From a virus, in IMG/VR virus record IMGVR_UViG_3300036771_000090, positions 1 to 64,000 of that record: DNA of 64,000 nucleotides; one strand, given 5' to 3'. The translations under genes were made by a program, and so were the position numbers. This document shows positions 37,796 through 47,448 of the stretch, in pieces. Positions within the stretch are counted from its first letter, which is position 1. Every line of letters starts with the position of its first letter. The notes under the pieces were generated by a model. The model had not been told where the DNA came from. It saw nothing but the letters and a program-made list of their open reading frames with translations, and did not search any database.

Positions 37796-40700
37796 CGAAG
37801 TCATCGGGCGCGGGCTGATCGAGATCCTTCCCGACTTCAAGAAGTTCGGGAAGGAGCTGGCCAGCTCCATGCGGACGGCCCGGTCCCAGCTCGATGGGTC
37901 CGCGGCCGGCCTCCGTGCATCCGCTGGAACGATCTTCACGTCCATGTCGAAGGTCGGCAAGGGCGTGTCCGTCGTGGGCATCGGGGTGGCTGCCGCGTCG
38001 GTGAAGATGGCCGGCAACTTCCAGGCGGAAACCGCCGTACTCCAGACCGCAGCCGGGGAGACTGCGGCCAATCTGGGCAAGGTGCGCGCCGGCATCCTGA
38101 ACATCAGCAAGGGCACCGGGACCGGCCTCCAGAACCTCACCGACGGCATGTACACCGTGGAGAAGGCCGGGTACCGCGGGGCCCAGGGTCTCCAGGTGCT
38201 GAAGGCCGCTGCCCAGGGCGCCAAGGAGGAGAACGCCAAGCTCTCCGACGTCACCAACGCCATGACGTCCGTGATGGCCAGCTACCACCTGAAGGCCACC
38301 GACAGCACACGTGTCATGAACGCGTTGAAGACCGCTGCCGGTGAAGGCAAGATCACCATGGAGGAGTTCTCCGGCGCGCTGTCCACCGTGCTGCCGATCG
38401 CCTCCGCCAACAAGATCAGTTTTGACCAGGTGGCCGGCGCCGTGGCGACGCTGACCCAGCACGGGACGTCGGCCCGGGAGGCGACGCACGAACTGTCCGC
38501 CACCATCCGCCAGCTTGCCGCCCCGAACAACGTCGCGGTGAAGGAGATGGCCCGGTTCGGGCTCACCGCGCAGGACGTCTCCCTGAATCTGGGGAAGAAG
38601 GGTCTGACCGGCACCATTGATGAACTGGTCCAGGTCGTCCTGGCCAAGATGGGGCCCAGCGGGAAGGTGCTGCTGTCGTCCTTCAACACGACCAAGCAGG
38701 CCGGCGACGCGCTGAACGCCATGCTCCAGAAGATGCCGAAGTCCCTCCAGGATCTGGCGAAGCAATACCAGTCCGGGAAGATCGCCTCCGACGACTGGAA
38801 AATGGCGATCAAGGGTCTTCCGGTAGACCAGAAGAACCTGATCAACCAGTACGTGACCCTGACCAACAAGAACAAGGGCTTCTCCGACGAACTCCGCAAG
38901 GGCGGCCCGGCCACCAAGACATTCACCGAAGCAATTAAGAAAATGTCCGGTGGCGCCATCGGCCTGAACACCGTGCTCCAGCTCTCCGGGGAGAGCCAGG
39001 CCGGATTCAACGAACGCGTGAAGAAGGTCGGGGAGTCCTACAACAACGCGTCGAAGGACGTCGAAGGGTGGAAGACCACCCAGGGACTGCTGAACACCCA
39101 GATTGCCCGGATGAAGCAGACCGTCCAGGTTCTCATGATCCAACTGGGCACCAAGCTGATTCCCATCCTGTCCGCCACGATCACCTGGCTGTCGAAGAAC
39201 CGGGATGTGGTCTACGTCCTGGCCGGCGCCATTGCCGGTGTGCTCACCCTGGCAGTGGTCTCCTTCGCGGCCACCACCGTGATCTCTGTGGCCAAGATGA
39301 CAGCATCCTTTGCCAAGCTGGGTGCCTCCGGAGCCATGCTGGGGGTGAACCTGGTCCGCGGCTTTGCCAGTGCGTCCGCTGCCGCGTCCAGCTCCACCGG
39401 TCTGGCCGGCTCCCTGGGGGGCTCGATCCGGAAGGCGCTCTCCCCGTCCACGTACGCCTCCGCCTTCTCCACGCTGCGGCTACGCGGGATGTACGCCGTA
39501 GATGGCCTGAAGAGCGGGTTCCGCTCCGTCGGAACGGCTGCTGCCAGCATGGCCACCACGGTCAAGGGTGCGGCGGTCTCCGCCGGGACGTCGGCCTGGA
39601 GCGGGATCACCTCCGGGGTGAGCGCGGTCGGGACCGCCATGAAGACGTCCGCCATCGCCACCCGGGACTTCGCAAAAGCCCAGTACGAATCCATCGTGGC
39701 CAACACGAAGGCGGCCGTGGCCTGGACGATCAGCAAGGCGAAGACGCTTGCCCAGGCCACCGCAACCGCTGTCGCCACCGCAGCGCAATGGCTCTGGAAC
39801 GTGGCCATGGACGCCAACCCGATCGCGTTGATCATCATTGGTATCACGGCGCTGATCGGCGTGATTATCCTGATCGCCACGAAGACGACATGGTTCCAGA
39901 CGATTTGGAAGTACACCTGGGGAGCCATAACCACCGCATTCAGTGCAACGGTGAATTTCATAAAGGACCACTGGAAACTCATCATTGCAATCATTCTCGG
40001 TCCGATCGCGCTTATCACGCTTTATGTGATAGACCACTGGAAGCAGATTTCCAGCGGATTCGCGGCGATCATCTCCTATATCCGGAACCACTGGGTCCTG
40101 ATCGTCTCGATCATCACCGGGCCGATCGGCACGGTGACCCTGTATGTGATCAGGCACTGGAACCAGATCATCGACGGGGCGAAGTCGATGATCAGTTCCC
40201 TGGCCGCCTGGTTCCGGGGGCTGCCGAACCGGGTCTCCGGCGCGGTCGGGAAGCTGTCGCGCACGCTCTACAACGCCGGCTCCGATCTGGTGGGCGGGCT
40301 GCTCAGCGGTGCCCGAAGCAAACTGAGCGCCCTGGGGAGCTGGGCCAAGGGAGTCAAGGACTCCGTGGTCGGAGCCATCAAGCACGTGTTCGGGATCAAG
40401 TCCCCGTCCACCGTGATGATGGGGCTTGGCGGTCACATGATGACCGGTCTGCTGAAGGGTCTGCTCCGCGGTAAGGGCGTGCTCAACTCCGTGGTGAAGG
40501 GCATATTCCATGGTCCGCTCGATGCCGCTAAGGCACTGGTCAAGAACGGCATCGGAGTGGCCGGCTTCCTGGGGAAGAACGCTGCGAAGCTGACGTCCCA
40601 GCTCTTCGGGGACATCGGCAGTACGCTCTTCGACTCCGGCAGCGGGAACGGGGTCGGTGGCTCCAACCAGACCCTGGGCAAGAAGATCATGCTGGCGATG

Positions 40701-41207
40701 GGCTTCCAGGCACGGGAGTGGAACGCGCTGAACCGGCTGTGGATCGGGGAGTCCGGCTGGCGCACCAACGCGCTCAACGCCAGCTCCGGTGCCTACGGCA
40801 TCCCCCAGGCGCTCCCCGCTTCCAAGATGGGCAGCGCCGGATCGGACTGGCGGACCAACCCCGCGACCCAGATCGAATGGGGTCTGAACTACATCCGGTC
40901 GCGGTACGGGACCCCCTCCTTCGCCCTGTCCGCGTGGCTGGACCGGTCCCCGCACTGGTACGACAACGGCGGGATGCTCCCGAAGGGCCTGTCCCTGGTC
41001 ATGAACGGGACCGGAGCGCCGGAGCGCATCCGCAACGCCCGGCAGGAGGCGGCGCTACAACGCGGCGGTTCCGGGGTCGTGATCAACCTGACCGTGGTGA
41101 ACAAGGGGGTCATAGGCAGCAAACAGGACGCGCTGAACTTCCTGGTGGAGGCGCTGGACACCCTGGGCCGCCAGAACCGTATCCCGCGCAGTGTGACGGG
41201 AGGCTGA
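37788..41207 (+). CDS. Tape measure protein (TP901-type core) with C-terminal lytic transglycosylase domain
   Basis: Long Ala-rich helical ORF; AMDANPI; HW repeats; ESGWRTNALNASSGAYGIPQALP...WGLNYIRSRYG...HWY. Confidence 0.93.
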   Translation: MADEVIGRGLIEILPDFKKFGKELASSMRTARSQLDGSAAGLRASAGTIFTSMSKVGKGVSVVGIGVAAASVKMAGNFQAETAVLQTAAGETAANLGKVRAGILNISKGTGTGLQNLTDGMYTVEKAGYRGAQGLQVLKAAAQGAKEENAKLSDVTNAMTSVMASYHLKATDSTRVMNALKTAAGEGKITMEEFSGALSTVLPIASANKISFDQVAGAVATLTQHGTSAREATHELSATIRQLAAPNNVAVKEMARFGLTAQDVSLNLGKKGLTGTIDELVQVVLAKMGPSGKVLLSSFNTTKQAGDALNAMLQKMPKSLQDLAKQYQSGKIASDDWKMAIKGLPVDQKNLINQYVTLTNKNKGFSDELRKGGPATKTFTEAIKKMSGGAIGLNTVLQLSGESQAGFNERVKKVGESYNNASKDVEGWKTTQGLLNTQIARMKQTVQVLMIQLGTKLIPILSATITWLSKNRDVVYVLAGAIAGVLTLAVVSFAATTVISVAKMTASFAKLGASGAMLGVNLVRGFASASAAASSSTGLAGSLGGSIRKALSPSTYASAFSTLRLRGMYAVDGLKSGFRSVGTAAASMATTVKGAAVSAGTSAWSGITSGVSAVGTAMKTSAIATRDFAKAQYESIVANTKAAVAWTISKAKTLAQATATAVATAAQWLWNVAMDANPIALIIIGITALIGVIILIATKTTWFQTIWKYTWGAITTAFSATVNFIKDHWKLIIAIILGPIALITLYVIDHWKQISSGFAAIISYIRNHWVLIVSIITGPIGTVTLYVIRHWNQIIDGAKSMISSLAAWFRGLPNRVSGAVGKLSRTLYNAGSDLVGGLLSGARSKLSALGSWAKGVKDSVVGAIKHVFGIKSPSTVMMGLGGHMMTGLLKGLLRGKGVLNSVVKGIFHGPLDAAKALVKNGIGVAGFLGKNAAKLTSQLFGDIGSTLFDSGSGNGVGGSNQTLGKKIMLAMGFQAREWNALNRLWIGESGWRTNALNASSGAYGIPQALPASKMGSAGSDWRTNPATQIEWGLNYIRSRYGTPSFALSAWLDRSPHWYDNGGMLPKGLSLVMNGTGAPERIRNARQEAALQRGGSGVVINLTVVNKGVIGSKQDALNFLVEALDTLGRQNRIPRSVTGG

Positions 41208-41210
41208 CCC

Positions 41211-44084
41211 ATGGCCATTGCCTTCGTGGCCGCCGGCACGCCGGTAGGGGTGGACACAGGAGCCTCCGGAACGACGGTCGCCGTACCGACCCCGGCCGGC
41301 CTGGCGGCCAACCAGCTCCTGATCCTGGCGATCGGGACAGACGACAAGATCGGGCCGGCGTCGCTCCCCGCCGGCTGGCGCAAGCTCACCAGCGCCGGCG
41401 CGGGGACCCCGACAAGCAGCCCGTACTACGCCCCGCCGCGCGGTTCCGTGTACTGGAAGATCGCCACCGGCAGTGAAGGCGCATCGGTCAACGTCCTATT
41501 CGCGGGCACCGCCTGGCCGCTGGGCTCTCCGTTCGTGGTGGCCGCCATGCTGGCGTACAGCGGCACCGACCTGAGCAACCCGGTGGAGACCTTCAGCACG
41601 GCCGTCACGGCGCTCACGACACCCGCTCTGGCCCATCCCGTGGTCACAACCGCGGTGGCGAACGACTGGCTCCTGACCTTCCGGTGGGGCTCCTCCAACT
41701 TCGATCCCATCTCCTACACCGTGACCGGCGGCACCAACGCGGAGCGGATCGACACCACCGACAACCAGCCCGAACTGTCGATGGCACTGTACGACTCCAA
41801 CGGCGCCCTGGCGACAGGTGCCCAGACTCAGCGCACGACCACCGCCAGCATCCCCTTGGATTACGGCTCTGTCGGCCTGTCCATCGCCATCCGCCCCCCG
41901 ACCACCAACATGACCACCGTCACCCCGTCCGAAGCGAACGCGATCGGTACGGCCTTCAACGCGGTGGCCACGGGGAAGAACGGCCCCTGGGACACGTGCG
42001 CCACGATGCCGGGGTACTCCTTCTCCATCGACTGGAACGGGGACGGCAGCCTCACCACACCGGGCGCCGTGCTGGACCCCAACCCCTACATGCGGACCGA
42101 CATCTCCGGCTGGACATCGGGGTCGGCTGTGATCTCCTGGTCCACAGACCTGGTCGTGAACGACCAGGGGATGCCGGTGATGAAGATCGTGCCGGACGGG
42201 GTCAGCGTCTCCGGCGGCGCCGGCCAGAGCCCCCGCACACCGGTGGACTCGATCGTCCCCGGGAACACCTACGTCTGTGACGCCTGGGTGTACTCCCCCG
42301 GCGGCTGGGCCGATCTGCGGAGCTGCATCGACTGGTACGACAACACCAACAGCTTCCTGTCCACCGGCCTGGGCTCCGCCACCGTGGTCTCCGCGGGAGT
42401 GTGGACACACCTGGTCCAGACCCTGGTGGCACCGGACACAGCCTCCCGGGCGGCCGTGCGTGTCCGGCACGGCGGGACGCCTCCCTCCAGCGCGCTGTAC
42501 TACGCCTGGGGAATTCTCCTGATCGATCCGTCCGTACCGGGGAACTTCGTCGCACCGGGCCCGAACGAAGACGTCACCGCAGACGTGCTCAGCGGAGGAG
42601 TTACGGTCTCCTACGGGCGGGACCAGTTCCGCCAGCTCTCCCCTGCCAAGAACGGCACGGCCGGCTTCTCCCTGAACAACGTGAACCGTACCTACAGCCC
42701 GGAGAACACCACGTCTCCGCTGTACGGAGACCTGGACCCCGCGCGGAGTATGCGGGGACAGGTGACCTTCATCGGGAAGACCTACTCCCTGGGCTCGATG
42801 CGGATCGATGACTACAACGTCCACGCGGACATCGACAACCGGACTGTGGACTTCACCTTCCAGGACGGGATGAAGTCGCTGGACGGGCCCAACCTCTCCA
42901 CTCCCGTGCTGTCCTCCCGGCGCACCGGGGACCTGGTCAACTACATCCTGGACCAGGTGGGGTGGACAGCCGGACGCGCGATCGACCCGGGCGCCACGGT
43001 CGTCCCCTGGTGGTGGGTCGAAGGCACGAACGCGCTGTCCGCCATCCAGGATCTGGTGAAGAGCGAAGGGCCGCCGGCCATCGCGTACGTGGCGCTGGAC
43101 GGGACCTTCGTCTTCCGGGACCGGCACCACCGGATTCTGAACGAAGCCTCCCTGGTCTCCCAGGCGAACTTCTCGCAGAACGAGATCGATCCCTGCGAAT
43201 CCCCCGCGGTCACCGGCCTGTCCTTCACCGCACCGTTCGAGTACGCACACGGCTGGCGGGACATCGTCAACAGTGTCCAGTTCACCAGCTCCACCCGGCA
43301 GCCCGCTTCGGAGATCTCCCAGGTGTGGCAGTACGGGACGTCGTTCTCCCTGTCCATCGGCCAGTCCATCACCCTGGCCGCTTCGGGTTCCGATCCCTTC
43401 GTCAACGCCGTCACGCCGGTACAGGGGACGGACTTCACCACGGCCGGGATCGGGACCGTCCAGGTGACCCTGTCGCGGGACAACGGCCAGGCGGTGAACA
43501 TCACCTTCCTGGCCATCGGTGGCTCCGTCACCGTGAACGATCTCCAACTACGGGCCCGGCCCATCCCCGTCGTGGGTACCCAGAACGTCTCCCGTACGGA
43601 TACGACGTCCATCGCCAGCCACGGGGAGCAGACGTACCCCGACACGGCGCCCTGGGCCTCTTCCGGGGACGCTTACGCCATTGCCGGAACCATCCTGCTC
43701 TACTACGCCAAGAGGCGCCCTACGGTGCAGCTCCGCATCGTGGCCCGGGACCCGGAACACCTGCGGCAGATCCTGGAGCGGCGGATCTCCGACCGTATCC
43801 ACATCGTTTACGGTGAAATGCGGATAGATGATGACTTCTTCATTGAATCTGTGACACATCAGATAGACCGGATGAACAAGGTCAACCAGCCGCCCGTCCA
43901 CTCCGTGGTGTACGGCTGTGAGATGGGCCTGGGGGACGTCAACGCCAACCCCTTCCGCTTCGACGTCCGCGGTTCCGGATTCGATCAGGGGGTTTTCGAT
44001 CCGCTGGTGGGAGACAATCCGGCCAGCGTCTTCGTGTTCGATGACGTGCGGGGGTCCTTCGACGTCGGGGTGTTCGGAACGTGA
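41211..44084 (+). CDS. Large minor tail protein with carbohydrate-binding-like insert
   Basis: Directly after TMP; W/T/G-rich; IDWYD...WTHL CBM-like segment. Confidence 0.75.
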   Translation: MAIAFVAAGTPVGVDTGASGTTVAVPTPAGLAANQLLILAIGTDDKIGPASLPAGWRKLTSAGAGTPTSSPYYAPPRGSVYWKIATGSEGASVNVLFAGTAWPLGSPFVVAAMLAYSGTDLSNPVETFSTAVTALTTPALAHPVVTTAVANDWLLTFRWGSSNFDPISYTVTGGTNAERIDTTDNQPELSMALYDSNGALATGAQTQRTTTASIPLDYGSVGLSIAIRPPTTNMTTVTPSEANAIGTAFNAVATGKNGPWDTCATMPGYSFSIDWNGDGSLTTPGAVLDPNPYMRTDISGWTSGSAVISWSTDLVVNDQGMPVMKIVPDGVSVSGGAGQSPRTPVDSIVPGNTYVCDAWVYSPGGWADLRSCIDWYDNTNSFLSTGLGSATVVSAGVWTHLVQTLVAPDTASRAAVRVRHGGTPPSSALYYAWGILLIDPSVPGNFVAPGPNEDVTADVLSGGVTVSYGRDQFRQLSPAKNGTAGFSLNNVNRTYSPENTTSPLYGDLDPARSMRGQVTFIGKTYSLGSMRIDDYNVHADIDNRTVDFTFQDGMKSLDGPNLSTPVLSSRRTGDLVNYILDQVGWTAGRAIDPGATVVPWWWVEGTNALSAIQDLVKSEGPPAIAYVALDGTFVFRDRHHRILNEASLVSQANFSQNEIDPCESPAVTGLSFTAPFEYAHGWRDIVNSVQFTSSTRQPASEISQVWQYGTSFSLSIGQSITLAASGSDPFVNAVTPVQGTDFTTAGIGTVQVTLSRDNGQAVNITFLAIGGSVTVNDLQLRARPIPVVGTQNVSRTDTTSIASHGEQTYPDTAPWASSGDAYAIAGTILLYYAKRRPTVQLRIVARDPEHLRQILERRISDRIHIVYGEMRIDDDFFIESVTHQIDRMNKVNQPPVHSVVYGCEMGLGDVNANPFRFDVRGSGFDQGVFDPLVGDNPASVFVFDDVRGSFDVGVFGT

Positions 44085-44091
44085 GGAAGCC

Positions 44092-44451
44092 ATGGAACTG
44101 ATGACCGAGAAGGCGCGCGCCTACGTCTACGGCGGGGACTGGGTGTCCGACTGCCCGCGGCCGGGGTGCAGCAACGTGGAACACCTGATGGAGCCTGTCG
44201 TCCCCCACGGACCCCGGACCCGTCCGAAGAGCTTGTTCATCTGTTCGTACTGCGGCCAGCAGTCGGTCATCGAGTGGCCGTCCCAGGACTTCATGTACGG
44301 AGCGCTGGAGATCCTGATGAAGCGGCCGGTGCCCGGGAACCGGAACTGGTACCCGGCCGGCCACACCAGCGCGGTGCGCTTCGGCATCGAGCACGGGCAG
44401 AGCCTGGACGACCTGCGGCAGGAGAACGAAGCGCACGGGGTGACGCCGTGA
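44092..44451 (+). CDS. Hypothetical Cys-containing protein
   Basis: GAGGA RBS; CPRPGC...CSYC. Confidence 0.6.
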   Translation: MELMTEKARAYVYGGDWVSDCPRPGCSNVEHLMEPVVPHGPRTRPKSLFICSYCGQQSVIEWPSQDFMYGALEILMKRPVPGNRNWYPAGHTSAVRFGIEHGQSLDDLRQENEAHGVTP

Positions 44452-44987
44452 CCTGGTCCGCACCCATGACCGCGGTCAGCGGGAACGTCTTCGCAGCCGC
44501 GGAGTTCAACCAGTACGTACGGGACAACCTGAACGAAACCGCGGTGGCGAAGGCCACCACGGCAGGTCAGTATTTCGTGGCCGTCGGCGCCAACTCCCTT
44601 GCCGCCCGGGTCATCGGCGGCAACTCCGTCCAGACCACCCAGACCACCACGTCCACGTCGTACACCGACCTGGCCACCCCGGGGCCGGCGCTCACCCTGA
44701 CCACCGGCACGCTGGCGATCGTCTTCGTCTCTGCGAAGATCACCAACAACACCAGCAACGCCACCAGTTTCATGTCCTACCAGGTGAGCGGTGCCACCAC
44801 TGTGGCGGTCACCACGACCCGGGCCCTGGTGAGCGACGGCATGAACGCCAACAGCAATTTCCGTGCTTCAGCGGCCAGTACCGTGCCGCTCAACGCCGGC
44901 GTGAACACCTTCACCACCAAGTACGCGGTCGGAGGCGGCACCACCGGCAGCTACGGGGACCGCACGATCATCGTCATCCCCTTCTGA
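44448..44987 (+). CDS. Minor tail/receptor-binding protein, paralogue A
   Basis: TWSAPMTAVSGNVFAAAEFNQYVRDNL N-terminus. Confidence 0.65.
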   Translation: MTWSAPMTAVSGNVFAAAEFNQYVRDNLNETAVAKATTAGQYFVAVGANSLAARVIGGNSVQTTQTTTSTSYTDLATPGPALTLTTGTLAIVFVSAKITNNTSNATSFMSYQVSGATTVAVTTTRALVSDGMNANSNFRASAASTVPLNAGVNTFTTKYAVGGGTTGSYGDRTIIVIPF

Positions 44988-44999
44988 GAGGAGGAATCC

Positions 45000-45302
45000 G
45001 TGGCCACCCTGAAGACGTACGGACGCACGCTCTGGGACCTTCAGCAGACCGTGGGGAACCGGATCGGCTTCGACCTGCGCACGGCACCCCTGGAGTTCCG
45101 GGCGCTGATCATCATGGTGGACGCCTCCCTGGCGCTGCTGATCAAGGCGCTGGTGGACAAGGGCGTGTTCAACGACCTGGAGCTGAACGCGGCCGTCCAG
45201 GGGGTCCGGAACACGACCTTCGCCCGGATGGGTCCGCCCCCGCTAGTGGACACCATGGCCACGGACCAGGTGCTCCCCGTACCCGAACCCCTCCAGGACT
45301 GA
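45000..45302 (+). CDS. Hypothetical protein
   Basis: GAGGAGG RBS. Confidence 0.6.
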   Translation: MATLKTYGRTLWDLQQTVGNRIGFDLRTAPLEFRALIIMVDASLALLIKALVDKGVFNDLELNAAVQGVRNTTFARMGPPPLVDTMATDQVLPVPEPLQD

Positions 45303-45306
45303 AGCC

Positions 45307-45849
45307 ATGACGTGGACAGCCCCCATGACCGCAGTCAGCGGATCGGTCTTCACCGCGGCCCAGTTCAACCAGTTCGTGCGGGACAACCTCCTGGAATGCC
45401 CGGCGTCCAACGCCACCACGCCGGGCTCCTTCTTCGTCACCGACGGAACCAACCACGTCGTGGAGCGCATCCCGGCCGTGTCCCGGGTGGATGTCCAGGA
45501 GGTGATCACCGCCACGTCCTTCGCCGATGCCCCGACCCTTGGGCCGTCGGTCACCGTGACGACCGGGACACACGCGTACATCTTCATCGCTGCGGAGATC
45601 GGAAACACCACCGCGTCCAGCGCCGGCTGTCTGGTCGGAACGCTGATCTCCGGCGCCACGTCGGAGTCCCCGACACCCCAGTACGCACTCCGGCAGGAGA
45701 GCGCGGCGCAAAGCGAATTCCAGCGCGCGACATATGCCCGGCTCCACACCGGCCTCACTCCGGGCAGCAACAGCTTCCGGTTGCAGTACCAGACCACCGC
45801 CGGCTCCATGAACATCAACTACCGGGAGATCTCTGTTCTCCCGATGTGA
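45307..45849 (+). CDS. Minor tail/receptor-binding protein, paralogue B
   Basis: TWTAPMTAVSGSVFTAAQFNQFVRDNL N-terminus. Confidence 0.65.
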   Translation: MTWTAPMTAVSGSVFTAAQFNQFVRDNLLECPASNATTPGSFFVTDGTNHVVERIPAVSRVDVQEVITATSFADAPTLGPSVTVTTGTHAYIFIAAEIGNTTASSAGCLVGTLISGATSESPTPQYALRQESAAQSEFQRATYARLHTGLTPGSNSFRLQYQTTAGSMNINYREISVLPM

Positions 45850-45859
45850 GGGGAAATCC

Positions 45860-46135
45860 GTGCCCAGCTATGAAGACGCACTCCAGTCCGCGTACACCGA
45901 CGGGTCCCAGTTGCAGTTCGAACCGGTCGGAGTCTTCCAGGACGCCCCCTGGTACCTCACCGCCACCCCCGGCGGGAACATCGCCTTCCACAGTCTGACG
46001 GCATCCGATACCGCGTCGGCCATCGCGGAGGCGGAAACCTACCTGGGTGGCCTGAACATGGTCAAAGCAGCCGAATGGAAGAAGAACCTGGACGGAACCG
46101 TGATCACGTCCGTCTGGTTCTCCCTCCCCTCGTAA
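45860..46135 (+). CDS. Hypothetical protein
   Basis: GAGGGG RBS. Confidence 0.55.
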   Translation: MPSYEDALQSAYTDGSQLQFEPVGVFQDAPWYLTATPGGNIAFHSLTASDTASAIAEAETYLGGLNMVKAAEWKKNLDGTVITSVWFSLPS

Positions 46136-46145
46136 GGAGCGCAGC

Positions 46146-47120
46146 ATGACGGTCAGTATCCCGGGCGTGGACTATGCCTGGTCACATCCCGGCGGAGCAT
46201 CGCTCCAGGCGGCCGGGAAGAAGTTCGTCTGCCGGTACCTGGGCCAGGACGACACGAAGATCCTGAAGCGCGCGGAAGCCGACGACCTGGCCGCGCACGG
46301 GATCTGGTCGGTGGTGGTCTACGAAGATGCCGCGGACCGGGCACTGGGAGGCAGGGCCGTAGGGATCGGGGACGCGCAGCGCGGCCTTGCCCAGGCGCGT
46401 GCGGCCGGGATGCCGGAAGACCGGCCGATCTTCTTCGCGGTGGACTTCAACGCCACCGAAGCCCAGCAGACCGCGATCAACGCCTACCTGGACGGGGCCG
46501 CCTCCGTCATCGGGAAACAGTGGACCGGCATATACGGCGGATACTGGCCGGTGAAGCGCGCGCTCGATGGCGGACACGCCACCTGGGCCTGGCAGACCGT
46601 GGGCTGGTCCGGTTCCAACCGGGACAGCCGGATGGTCATCCTCCAGCCGGCCACCACCGTGAAAATCAACGGTGTGACCTGCGACAACGACACAGCACTG
46701 TCCGACGACTTCGGCCAGTGGAAGCCCGGCATCCTCCCGGAGGCAGCAATGGCAGCAGTAGACCTCACCCCCGCTTCGGTGAACGCGGTGGCCGCCGCGG
46801 TGACGAAGAACCTCCTGGCGTCGCTCCACGACGACCCGACCACCGCGGACAACTCCACCAAGTCGCTCGGCGCGATCTGGTGGGACGACGGCAAGAACTC
46901 GTTCCAGGCCAACACCGCCATCACCAAGGTGGCCGTATCGGTGGCCGCGCTCCAGACCGCGGTCAGCAAGCTGGGAACCGGCGTGCCGGCGGACTTCGTC
47001 ACGTCCGTTCTGGCCAAGCTCGATGCGCTCCAGGCGGCCGTCACCGATCCGTCGGGACTGCTGGACCAGATCCGCACGGAGCTGGAGTCCTACCAGATCA
47101 CCATCACGAAGGAGAGCTGA
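46146..47120 (+). CDS. Endolysin, DUF1906/Rv2525c-like glycoside hydrolase
   Basis: GVDYA...FVCRYL...PIFFAVDF...TGIYGG...WQTVGWS; AAGGAG RBS. Confidence 0.88.
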   Translation: MTVSIPGVDYAWSHPGGASLQAAGKKFVCRYLGQDDTKILKRAEADDLAAHGIWSVVVYEDAADRALGGRAVGIGDAQRGLAQARAAGMPEDRPIFFAVDFNATEAQQTAINAYLDGAASVIGKQWTGIYGGYWPVKRALDGGHATWAWQTVGWSGSNRDSRMVILQPATTVKINGVTCDNDTALSDDFGQWKPGILPEAAMAAVDLTPASVNAVAAAVTKNLLASLHDDPTTADNSTKSLGAIWWDDGKNSFQANTAITKVAVSVAALQTAVSKLGTGVPADFVTSVLAKLDALQAAVTDPSGLLDQIRTELESYQITITKES

Positions 47121-47122
47121 CC

Positions 47123-47410
47123 GTGTCGCTGGCCGCGCAGGTACAGGGCTGGGTGGAAGAGGCGCTGGAGGACTTCCGCGCCGCGATCAGGAAGACCGTG
47201 GAGAGGCTGACCGGGCTGGACGAACGGATCACCAAGCTGGAGGAGTACGTCCAGGCCATCGAGCAGAGCGACGGCATCCCCGCGGACCCCAGGCCGCGTG
47301 CGGTCAGCGCTCCGGCACGCGGTAGCGCGGCGCGCAAGACGACCGCCACCGCGAAGTCCACGACGGCCCAGGCGGGAACCGCGGAAGCCCGGGGGCAGGC
47401 CAGCCCGTAA
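47123..47410 (+). CDS. Small coiled-coil protein
   Basis: AAGGAG upstream; LDERITKLEE. Confidence 0.55.
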   Translation: MSLAAQVQGWVEEALEDFRAAIRKTVERLTGLDERITKLEEYVQAIEQSDGIPADPRPRAVSAPARGSAARKTTATAKSTTAQAGTAEARGQASP

Positions 47411-47448
47411 GATCCCCCGGAAGACAGGAACGGCAGGAAGAAGGAAAA

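Noticed and set aside
44448-45849. Diversity-generating retroelement or invertible tail locus
   Set aside because: No reverse transcriptase or invertase, and no adenine-specific TR/VR pair; similarity is N-terminal
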